Below are positions 10,555 to 21,443 of a stretch of DNA of 64,000 nucleotides, piece by piece; the stretch's first letter is position 1; every line of letters starts with the position of its first letter. Source of the DNA: Orbicella franksi (lineage: Eukaryota). The translations under genes and the position numbers were made by a program. The notes under the pieces were generated by a model that was given only the letters and a program-made list of their open reading frames with translations, was not told where the DNA came from and ran no database searches. The stretch lies in NCBI GenBank assembly GCA_964199315.1, contig OZ116704.1, forward strand, positions 2,542,001 to 2,606,000, read 5' to 3'.

Positions 10555-13500
10555 ATGGAGGGAAAAGCACAGTTTGGAAAAGTAGATTTTGCTGTTTTTG
10601 GAGTTATGTTGCTCCTGTCAACTTTCATTGGAATATACCATGCCTTTACTGGGGGAAGACAGCGAACAACGAAAGAATTTTTGTTCGCTAACCGCGGTAT
10701 GATGGCTGTACCTGTGGCGCTGTCTTTGTTGGCATCGTTCATGTCTGCGATTACAATTCTCGGTGTTCCCTCGGAGATTTACATCTTCGGGACACAATAC
10801 TGGCTTATTATCGCTTCTTACGTGATTCTTTTCCCATCTGTGGCGCTGATATTTGTTCCTGTGTTTCGTGCAGTGGACATTTCAAGTTCGTATGAAGTAA
10901 GTGCGTAACTTGTCAAGTCAAAACATCGCATGCATATGATGAATAAACCCATGATTTTTGTTAAAAAAAAAAACGAGTAATATGAATGGCCTTTTTCAAC
11001 TCAGTTTTGTTTTGGTTTTACTAGTTAATTAATCGTCAAATTTTTACTTTTTAGAAAATTTCGTGATTTGTTTAATAAATAGTTGGCAGTTTTCTGTACT
11101 TTTAGAGTTTTCTTTTACTCGCTAGCTAATTTATTAATCCACGTGGTAATCATTGACCAAAGTCCAGTTAAGTCTTTTGATGAGAGAAAGCGGGAACGCA
11201 AAGCAGTAACAAGGTCTAAATATGGTTTTGTTACAAACAACCTTTGATCTGAAATATATTTACATCCTTGTGGACCTTTTTATTTTTATTTTTATTTTTA
11301 TTTCGTTTTGTCCAGTGTCTATAATATTTGCAAAGTTCAGTATACCTTTAAACCCTATTCTTATCTGGAGTAATACAATGTTGGGTTATAAACCTCAGAG
11401 GCCTTCCAACTGTATATTGTTTGCGGAGATTCATCTCTTTAAAAGAAGCAATTTGTACCATTAGTGTTTTGATTATTGGGATTTCATGTGGTTGAACTTC
11501 TTTACAAATTGCATGCATGACCATGCATGTTCATCACTGGAATTGCTCCCTAACCCCTGAGCCATGTTGTATCAAAGTAGTCAAAAGTGGCCAACTGCCA
11601 GGTTATCTTGGCCAGCTTGTCTGTTGTGCTATTTGTCTGTCTCCTGTGACACAAAAAGGAAATATAAGCCATGTATACTCTAACAATAGCTACCTTCTTC
11701 AAAGTTGTGTGACAAACCTGACATATGATATATAATAGAGTAGGGGGTAGGAATGGGGTAAATTTTCCCTTCTCTTTCCCTAAATCCCCAGTTCCAACCT
11801 CTGTAGTGGTTCCTACCTCTTGATGCCTTTTCTGTTAAAAAAAATAGTGCAGTCACCAGTGTACTGTAGCATTAATTTTCTCATTTTCTTCCAGTTTCCA
11901 CTACTTTGTAAATTCTCCTTCCTGACCTCTCTTGTCCTGCTTTCTGTCCCCTTTACTCCTGTGTTCCCACCCATAGTCTCCCTCCACACATAAGTCCCCA
12001 TTAAAAGATTTCACAGGCTGGATAAATTGGTCCCATACCCAACCTGGGAACCTGGAGACCAGGACTTCACCAGGCTTTAACACTTGGCCGTTCCAGCATG
12101 GTTGGACCTGCCCGGGACTAAAGCTCCAGCTGGTATTATTGTTGAGATCATTAAGACATGCAAGGTGTCATGCCTGTAAGAAGTCACACTAATAACGTTT
12201 CTGTTTTAGTACTTAGAAAAGAGGTTTTCCACTGGAATTCGTAACATTGGAAGTTTGTGTTTTATAATCCAGACTGTGAGTTTCAAATGCATCATTCTTT
12301 TATTTGGAATTCTCTGTTTAATTGGTGTGACACTGAAATATATATTTTTAATATGCAAATGTAATTCAATTTCATTATAAAATGTTACCCTGTGATTGCT
12401 TCTTTTGCAGTCTCTGTATATGGCCATTGTGGTTTACGGCCCAGCCATAGCTTTGGAAGCAGGTAATTTGTGTAGCAATTAATAGCCTTGGTTAATTTAT
12501 CTTGATTGTCAAGTGTTTTGGATACAACTATATTGCTTTCCATGATGTCAGAAGGGTGAATTCCATGTACATAGAAGTTAACTAATTATTAGCTATCTTA
12601 GCTTGTTTATCATGGGAGGCACGGTGGCCTCATGAGTAGTGCGCTCAACTCCGGAGCGAGCAGTCTGGGTTCGAGCCCTAGCTGGGTACAATTACAGTGT
12701 TGTGTTCTTGGGCAAGACACTTTACTCTCATTGTGCCTCTCTCCACCTAGGTGTATAAATGGATACCAGTAAATTTAATGCTGGAGGTAACCCTGCAATG
12801 GACTAGCATCCCATCCAGGGGGGATTAGAAATACTCCTAGTTGCTTCATGCCACTGAAACTGGGATAAGCTCTGCCCTGATGAGCCACTTGGCTCGTATG
12901 CAGACTTTATCCCCCTAGCTTGTGCATTGGTTACCATGTCAACCTAACATACTAAGGCCAGTATCCTGTTGCATGCTTGTAATTGATTCATTTAAACTCA
13001 TCTCAGCTTGTTAATATTAACTGATTCTCGTGTTTTGGTTTCTTGTTTACCACAGTGACAGGATTTCCAGTGTGGGCCTCCATTATATCCATTGGCATCG
13101 TCTGTACTTTTTACACAACCATTGTAAGCTAATCTTGTGTTCATTAGTTATTTTCTTAATGAAAATAAGGTCCTGAGAGTAATGAAGTACACAAAAAAAT
13201 GACATGTACATGTCGAAACAGATTCCTTCCTTTTTATTCCAAGCCTTATCTTAATAGACTCGGGCAGCTTGTACAAACATGCTGTCAGCTAGCAAATGGT
13301 GATATCTGTGATTGCTGTTTGTAACATCTTTGAATTCTATTATAGTTCTTTTTTTTTTTTTCTATTATTTTGGAATGTACAGTGTATATGTTACACCTAT
13401 GTATAAGAATTGTTAATTATTTATTATTTTGTTGTATTTGGCTACTTTCCAGGGAGGCATGAAAGCTGTCATTTGGAATGATGTGTTTCAAGCCATAGTT

Positions 13501-16500
13501 ATGCTTGGTGGCTTAATTGCAGTGCTCATTGTTGGGACAGTCAAAGTTGGGGGATTTGGAAAAGTCTTTGATCTTTTGGAGAAAGGCCAAAGACTGAAGT
13601 TTATTGAGTAAGTTTATGCAATGACCTGACAGTGAAAGCTGAGAGGCTGTAGTGTAAATTAAATAATTAAGTAATGTACGAGTTTATTGTAGGGACTGCA
13701 ATGTAAAATAAATAATGAAAATCAAATGTATGTATTATTAGTGACAAAAAGTAATGTAAAGTGGGTTAAGCAATATATAAGATGGACGATGTACAAACTA
13801 GTAGCTCAGAAAATGAATAAGAAAGCTGAGAGGCCTAATGGTGTACTGGTGTTGACACTGCAGCAACTCTTGTCTTTGTAGTATGAAGCAGTAGAAGTAT
13901 TGAGCACTGCATTTACCCTTCTTGGATTAGGGGCTTGTGTCTATCCCAGGCTTAACCTCTGGGTGGTATTTTCCAGGATGCCTCAACAATTAACCATTAA
14001 TTTACCCACTCATTATGTTATAATCTGTGCTGGGGAGAGGCCCTGTGTGTCAAAGCTGGATTCCGGCTTTTCCAAAAACACACCACTCTTACATTTAGAT
14101 CTCTTGACCTGCTGTCCAGTTTTAATAAGTTAACCAATCTTTGCACCACTATGCTGACAAAATGTATGATATGTACTTGTCTTGATGAACAGCGCTATGT
14201 TCTGACTGGATCAAAGAGGAATGAACACTTAAACACATAACATTTCTTGCACCATATTTGTTTCTTGAATTCTAAGTTGTTCAACAATCTAAAATGTTAA
14301 CTTTATATCAATGATACTTACAGAACAGTCAGAGAGTTGCTACAGTGTAGATGTTTTGTATCTGTCATAAGCTATTTAATTAATAATATTTTCTTTCTTC
14401 AGTTTTAACCCAGATCCTACTCAGCGCCTGTCAATATGGAGTCTGATCATTGGGGGAGCATTTGGTTTGTTTCCTCTCTGGGCTGTCAATCAAACTGCAG
14501 TGCAAAGATTCTTGGCCGCCAAGTCAAACAAGGAGGCAAAACGGTGAATGTTCACATTTTTTTAAATACATGTTAATTAACACCAACTTCAAAACAATGA
14601 ATTAACTCTGAAGCTCAGCAGAATAGGACAAACAGTACATGTAGTGTGAACCGAGCAGAGCAAGGTCTGTATACAAATGACTGAGGGCCAGTGTTCCCAA
14701 GTACTGCTTGACCAATCTAGGTTAGAAGGTCGTTGTTCATATTGCATATTGCACATTGATGAGAAAGAACCCACCAGAATGCTTGGATTTACATCAAGAC
14801 TACCTTGTCATATAACAATTAAGCAACAGAGCACTTTTACCCTGTTTGCATAGCCTCATCTAACATGAAAAGGGTTGGGAGAATTTGAGACAGTTATGCA
14901 AACCCTTGACTACGTCTCAGGCTTGCATAACTTTCAAGAATTCTCCCAGCCCCCCGAGTGTTTGGATGAGGCTATGTGAACATGGAGAAAATGCTCTATT
15001 GCTTTTATAAAATAGTTCTCAAATATATGTGCAAATCTAAACCGTCCCAACCGTGATTACAATTACTCTTATCTTAGAAACACACCTATCAACTGGCACT
15101 TGAGAGTGCGGGTAGTAGCTCAGTTATTTTATAACTTACCTTATTTAAGGTCACTATTTTAGCAAAGAACTTTGCTTACTGATTGTAAGTGGTATTTTAA
15201 TCTGTTCATTTTCATTCTTTGTGCAGTGCTGTTTGGATCAACTTGCCTCTCAGTATATTTGCTGTTTCTCTTTGTGCTCTGTGTGGATGTGTGATTTATG
15301 CATTTTACGCTGACTGTGACCCCATCTCAGCTGAACGCATCAAAAAGGGTGACCAGGTAAATTGGGTGCAAATTTATTTTTAACATGTAGAATAGAAACT
15401 AACGTAATTATTTCTAATACTAACTACTTAATAACCGAGAGTGAGGTCGTTACGGGAAAATCTCAAACTGAGGTCTTGCCGTATTGACCGAGCGATAGCG
15501 AGGTCAATACAGTAGGCCGAGGTTTGAGATTTTCGCAGAACGACCGAACGGTCGAGGTTATTAAGTTGTTTATTATATGGCTCATCAATAAAGAGAAAAA
15601 TCATTCGAGCGGAAGTTGTCAATTTACATCCAGCGATGCGTGCATTTACCGATTCATTCATCATCTCAAACCTAGGGCAAAACTACACAGTCAGTGAATT
15701 TCACCACTGTATTACGTATTCCGTTAAAAACGCTCATTTCTTTACGGAAAAGTCACTGTCACAGCCTCAAAAACGTATTTTAGTATCGTGGTACCACAAG
15801 TTTATGGGGAAGTTTTTCCGACTTTTGGGGCGAAACGTCAACACATATAGAAAAGACAGCAAGTGCTTCAAAATTGTCCAAACCAACCGTCTTTTCGGTG
15901 AAAGAAAATACTAATGCTTCAGAATGCACTGCTCAAAACAAGCTTAACTCGATCTTCGCATTCGCTTTCGACAACATATCTTCGCCTTCTTCATTCTGGG
16001 ATTTATGAATGAACATTTCAAGCCTTGTGAACGTCTGCAGTTATCAGAAACACTGCTACCGACAGAAACCGCCCGATTGTTTACATCTGATGATCCTGGA
16101 AGCTGATTTACACTTGCTTGTGTCAAAGCGAGGGAATCTATTTGACGAGAACTTTGACAGAGTTCAATACTTCAGTAATTGCTGTGACTAAGATGATAAC
16201 TTATAAGTTTCTTTGTGGTGTTCTGCTCAGGATGCATGGCAGATCTGTTGATGGTGTTTTTTACTTAGCGATTTTAGCTTTACTTAAGACTAGGCAAACT
16301 TTGATTGTTTTTCACTAGTGCCCGCCAAGGTTACCGACTGGTAAGTCATCTATAAAATTTTTATTAAAGAAATATGCCTAAACTTTTAGCTACTGATATT
16401 CTCGTACTGATTTTAATCGGCTTTCGTCGCTTCAATGTGCTTGAATTTTCAGAACCGGGCTCTTCCTAATTTGCATAATCTGTAATCGGCCCGTGGGCAT

Positions 16501-19500
16501 TACGGGAGAATAATGCCCTACAATTCAGTGACAATTAACCAATCAGAGCGCGCATTATATCGGCCACAAGCCAAAGCCATATATTTATTAATACATGTAT
16601 AATCTTCTCAAACGGCTATAGATGTCATTGTCTACATTAGATGCAGGGCAAACTATTTCTGATAGGTTGGGGCGAGATTGATACAAATTGATAGCTCACA
16701 GAATGGAAGGAGTTGGTCTGCATGGACCTCAGTAGAATACAATTGAAACCTTGCTACAGTGTAACTATTAACTACATGTAATTGGAGCTTAGTAAAAACC
16801 TATGAACTGAAATGGCTATCAATCAGCTATGAAAAACATAGCTGAAAAACCCCCACTGTGATGAGTTACAAAGAATGCATCTTAGTTGCTCATTGTTGTT
16901 CCACAGATCCTGCCATATTTTGTGATGCATGTGTTGGGATCACTGTATGGAGTACCTGGTTTATTTGTGGCCTGTCTTTTCAGTGGGACTCTCAGGTATT
17001 ATACTATAATTTTATTCTCATCATGGCTGTGCTCTAGAAGTGCCTGGGTGTCCCAGGCAACTGGAAAAGCTTACTTTTACCATATGAGCTTAAGTGCTTG
17101 GCACCAGGATTTCAGGGTTAGGAACCTTTGAGCTCCTTGTAATTTTTCCAAGACCACAGCCTTGTTCATCTACTTCTAACACTTGCCAATGCCGATTTAT
17201 TGGTCACTCTCTTTTGTTGACTATTCTTAGTCTTATACACGCACCTATTACCTTGTTTTGTTCTAGTACGGTGTCATCAGGTCTAAACTCATTAGCAGCC
17301 GTTGTGTTGGAAGACTTTATCAGGCCATGGTGCAGAAATAGACAGATGCAGCTCTCTGAGATACGTGCTACATTGTACTCAAAACTTCTAGGTAAGTGAA
17401 TTTCTTGAGAACATTCTTAAATAAGATGGTAGCCTGCATTGAAGGTATTCATTTATTTGCAAAAGCATGCAAAGGGAACGAAACTGCATGTGAGTGCAAA
17501 AAAATAAGCACCCCTCCCACTTCATTTTTTGCTCACCCCCTCCCCACTTCTCCTCCTTTTATGCTCACCCCAGGCACATTCCTTTGCTTGGTCGCTTTCT
17601 TGATCTCCCCGCCTGGAAATTGGAAAGGAAACATCTGCTACACAGTGTCATAAGATGTTTATTTTTCCTGATAAACCTGAATAAGCAGGTGCCTGAGATT
17701 TGGCTCGCAAATGTCCATGCTTGAATATTGGCTCTGATTGGTGGCTCCTTGTCCACAAAAATTGATAGCCAAACTTGATACCAATTTGGAATAGTACCTG
17801 TACATCATGCTCTTGTCAGCAGGGACATCAGTACGGAATGTTCTCCTCTAAGGCTGGTATGATCCAGACCAGCTCCCACTCTCCTCTTGCAGTATAATAC
17901 CGTACACAGCATTTTAACAATACCAGTTATGGTGATTATTCTGGGTTGTAACTTATCCAACCTTGTGTGCATTTTTTTTTTGCAGCTTTTGGATTTGGAG
18001 TATTGACTATTGGCCTGTCTTTTCTTGCCACTAGGCTGGGTGCCCTTCTACAGGTGTGACATGAATCACAGTTACGTGAAAAATTATATTAAATATGACC
18101 TCACGTGATGTTTACATGACCTTACATACAAGTTTATTCAAATTCAAAAGTACAAAAAAAAAAATAATTATATAAATTCGAAAAGGGGAGTTTGGAGGTC
18201 AACCTTAGGTCTTAATTGTCAGCCAGTTAATTTCAAGGTTTTTCTGGGTCAAATGCAATCCTTTTTTTAATGTAATTCCTGTTTTACAACAGCAACAAAA
18301 CTGCACACTCTGCTCCTGATAATTTGAATGGCAGTTTTAAACTGTATGAATTCGCTTTTTATATACTTTGGCCAAAGCAGTTGTTATTCTACCAATGAAT
18401 GTTTCTATGTACACATATATGTAACTGTTTGTAGCACCTGCTTTAATCACATACAGTATTCTATTCAACAAAAACTGTCCACGTACTCCGCATCTTTTTC
18501 ACTGTCCAGTTGTACCGGACCTTTCGTGCTGTATTGCGGCTTATCGTTTTCTTTTGGCAGTTATTTTACAGCGTCTTCGGTGTTGTTGGTGGACCTGTTG
18601 TAGGTGCATTTTGTCTTGGAATGTTCACGCGGCGAGCTCATTCAAGGGTAAATAATTAACTCTGTAAGATTTGGTTTTTGTTTTCTTTGTTGTAGTTTTC
18701 CTGTCATGACCAGCACTGTTGATTGTTGTGTGTTTCATTTTGTTAGGGTGTGTATATCGGTCTATTGCTTGGCTTTGCTGTTGGTCTGTGGATAGGTATT
18801 GGTGCTAAGGTGTATCCCCCACCCGTCACTAAGGCCCCTCTCTCCACGGAGGGCTGTAAAGTCAATGTTATGTCCATTAACAGCACAGTTAATTCAACAA
18901 GGTACATTTATAATGACACCTAATTTCTCCGTAGAGTATAATTTTAGGGAGCTTAAGCAGTGACAACGGCGACCCCGAGGACAACGCCTAGTGAAAAATG
19001 AATTTATATTTTACCTTCGAATTTCGCAATTGTCTTGATGCAATCATTGCGCCTGGAACGGCAACGAAAACGTCACCAAACAAAAGGTTTAATGAGTAGA
19101 ACACTGGCTGTGCACGTGGGTTATGAATCTTGGAATATTTCTTTGCCGTCCTCTGAAAACAACAAAGTCGAGTGACAAAGTTCTGCGTACTTTAGAGAAC
19201 GCGAACGACGGCGGATAATTTTTGCTATTTCCTTTTGCAATTGAACGCCGGCATTACATATTTAGCTTGAGCAACTTCTGAGACCGTCGTCGTGGTTTAC
19301 GTAAGCTCCCCAATGTGTTCCTAATGTTGAATAGCAACACAACGTAGCTGCCCTTCTCTATTACATGTACTGTTACATTTCAAACCTTTGTTAGTCAATA
19401 TATGCTCTAGTTAGTGGTGAGAAGCCATTGCAATACCATTAGTAATAAGAGGTTGTCGGAATTGATTCTTTTTGAGGAGGGAGGTCCTTATAATTTAGCA

Positions 19501-21443
19501 GGAAATATTATTAAGTTTTCTGATTTTCTGACTTGCTTTTGATGTGTTATGTTGCCATGTTGACGGGATAAACGTTAATGTACTCCACCGTAAATTAACG
19601 AGAATCCAACTCATTTTTTCATGATCGCTGCCCGAACAGACTTCATCAGAAAAGAATTTATTCGTGCTCATTTTTAATGATACGCGTGTTTAAAAAGGTT
19701 TAGATCTAATACTCCCGCACCACTATAGTTTTTAATTTGATTTTAAGAATTGGAATTGCGTCAGAAATGTTTCCAAAAAAACGACTCGCACTTTATCCAA
19801 GAGAGTGCAATAGTGTCTTCTTACTGACGGACCGTGAGGGCCGTATTGGGAAATATTGGCCCGAGTTCGTGGTCGTACGGACCGAGCGTAACGGAGTCCG
19901 AACAAAAAGGACCAAGGGCTAATATCACCCAGTACGTTTCGAGTAAGCTAGGTTAGTAAGTAGTTTATTACATGGCCCACGGGCCATGCTCGCTTATTTG
20001 AGTTTGCCGGCTTTCAGAAACAAAAAGTACACGGCAATCAGAACCTGGTAGATATATGAATCATACTTATGTTGTTGTTATTTGTTCCGTTCACTAGTGC
20101 TCCGCCACCAAAGGAGTATGAAGGTCATATATTGTACAGAATATCCTGGTTATGGTACAGCGCCGTGTGCTTTGCAGTAACGTATATCACAGGACTTCTT
20201 GTTAGCGTCTTATGGCGTGGTACGTCATGTTCTCAGTCACTTTAAACAAATCTTACGTGCAACCAAAGCATAGGAAGTTGTTTGAATCGCTATAACACCT
20301 GTGGGACTTGCTAGGCTTGTTTTCATCCTGGATTGCAAAAAGAGTAGGCGGGAAGTAACTATTTTCCAAGCGATATAACTTCAATTATTTGGAAATGCGT
20401 CTTCTTTTCCATCATTCGACTCAGTCACGTTTGAGTATTCCAACTTGTTTTGCGTAAGCAAGTATCCTAACTCGTTCGATCAGTGTAATGGAATCTCCGT
20501 TGTAAGTATTTGACAGTGTTGTTTAATGGAATCTCGTTGTAAGTGTTTGACAGTGTTGTTTAATGGAATCTCGTTGTAAGTGTTTGACAGTGTTGTTTAA
20601 TGGAATCTCCGTTGTAAGTGTTTGACAGTGTTGTTTAATGGAATCTCGTAAGTGTTTGACAGTGTTGTTTAATGGAATCTCCGTTGTAAGTGTTTGACAG
20701 TGTTGTTTAATGGAATCTCCGTTGTGAGTGTTTGACAGTGTTGTTTAATGGAATCTCCGTTGTAAGTGTTTGACAATGTTGTTTAATGGAATCTCCGTTG
20801 TAAGTGTTTGACAGTGTTGTTTAATGGAATCTCCGTTGTAAGTGTTTGACAGTGTTGTTTAATGGAATCTCCGTTGTAAGTGTTTGACAATGTTGTTTAA
20901 TGGAATCTCCGTTGTAAGTGTCTGACAGTGTTGTTTAATGGAATCTCCGTTGTAAGTGTTTGACAGTGTTGTTTAATGGAATCTCCGTTGTAAGTGTTTG
21001 ACAGTGTTGTTTAATGGAATCTCCGTTGTAAGTGTCTGACAGTGTTGTTTGTGTCCAAGGTAATCATGATGGTAACGAGATAGACGCGCGTCTACTGTTC
21101 AGAATTGATTACTGTTTACCAAATTGCACGAGGAAAAGTTCTGAAGGAAAACAGGACGAACAACAACAGCTAAACAAGGTGAGCCAAGACATGAACTAAT
21201 ATTACTTTTGAGAATTTGAGACTATGTAAGGTAAGTTTCCTAATTGTCATCACTGCCTGCTTAACCTTGATCATGTGATGGGCAGAAATACGATTTCAGT
21301 AACTCAGCATGTTCCTTCCCTTTTTGTTACAGGCTGAAAGCGAAGAAACTAAACAGAATGGCGAGGCTTCAAAATCAGGACCACAAATTGACGACGAACA
21401 GGTGTACCCAGAGGGTCCCTTGTTAATGACGACAAGGATGTGA
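10555..21443 (+). CDS. Sodium:solute symporter SLC5A, SMCT (SLC5A8/A12) / NIS / SMVT subfamily, 15 exons, 609 aa
   Basis: Exons 10555-10896, 12210-12275, 12411-12462, 13056-13123, 13453-13607, 14403-14543, 15227-15356, 16907-16995, 17267-17391, 17986-18053, 18561-18647, 18747-18901, 20098-20219, 21060-21178, 21333-21443; 1830 nt, phases consistent. Motifs SLLASFMSAITILGVPSE, SSYEYLEKRF, GGMKAVIWNDVFQ, NQTAVQRFL, PGLFVACLFSGTLSTVSSGLNSLAAV. The exact vertebrate paralog cannot be resolved without a tree. Confidence 0.93.
12614..12910 (+). mobile_element. tRNA-derived SINE with CORE(MIR)-like central domain
   Basis: A-box-like TGGCCTCATGA (12625), B box GGTTCGAGCCC (12668-12678), then TTGGGCAAGACACTTTACTCTCATTGTGCCTC resembling the CORE-SINE domain. 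Confidence 0.8.
14843..14982. mobile_element. Foldback repeat
   Basis: TGTTTGCATAGCCTCATCTAAC pairs with GTTTGGATGAGGCTATGTGAACA; inner pairs GGGAGAATT/AATTCTCCC and AGTTATGCAA/TTGCATAACT. Confidence 0.8.
15421..16590. mobile_element. ~1.17-kb non-autonomous element headed by a ~150-bp hairpin, class uncertain
   Basis: Hairpin 15422-15570 (AACTACTTAATAACC/GGTTATTAAGTTGTT; GAAAATCTCAAAC/GTTTGAGATTTTC; GTATTGACC/GGTCAATAC). Ends TTATTATATGGC (inner left) and GCCATATA (right). CpG-richer than the host intron. Confidence 0.55.
17430..17646. mobile_element. TAGCCTGC-family MITE-like repeat
   Basis: Starts TAGCCTGCA, ends CTGCTACACAG; compare 43133-43238. Confidence 0.5.
18945..19311. mobile_element. 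MITE-like element with GGGAGCTTA termini
   Basis: TAGGGAGCTTAAGCA ... CGTAAGCTCCCC inverted termini. Confidence 0.65.
19811..19980. repeat. Imperfect hairpin repeat related to the head of 15421-16590
   Basis: Ends TAAGTAGTTTATTACATGGC vs TAAGTTGTTTATTATATGGC in the 15.5-kb element. Confidence 0.5.
20487..21050. repeat. 38-bp minisatellite, 15 copies, in SLC5A intron 13
   Basis: Unit AATGGAATCTCCGTTGTAAGTGTTTGACAGTGTTGTTT; starts at 20487, 20525, 20562, 20599, 20637, 20671, 20709, 20747, 20785, 20823, 20861, 20899, 20937, 20975, 21013. Confidence 0.97.

Noticed and set aside
12614-12690. tRNA gene
   Set aside because: It has A/B boxes but no complete cloverleaf or terminator, and continues into a SINE body.
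20487-21050. CRISPR-like array
   Set aside because: Units are contiguous with no unique spacers, no cas genes are present, and it lies inside a spliceosomal intron.
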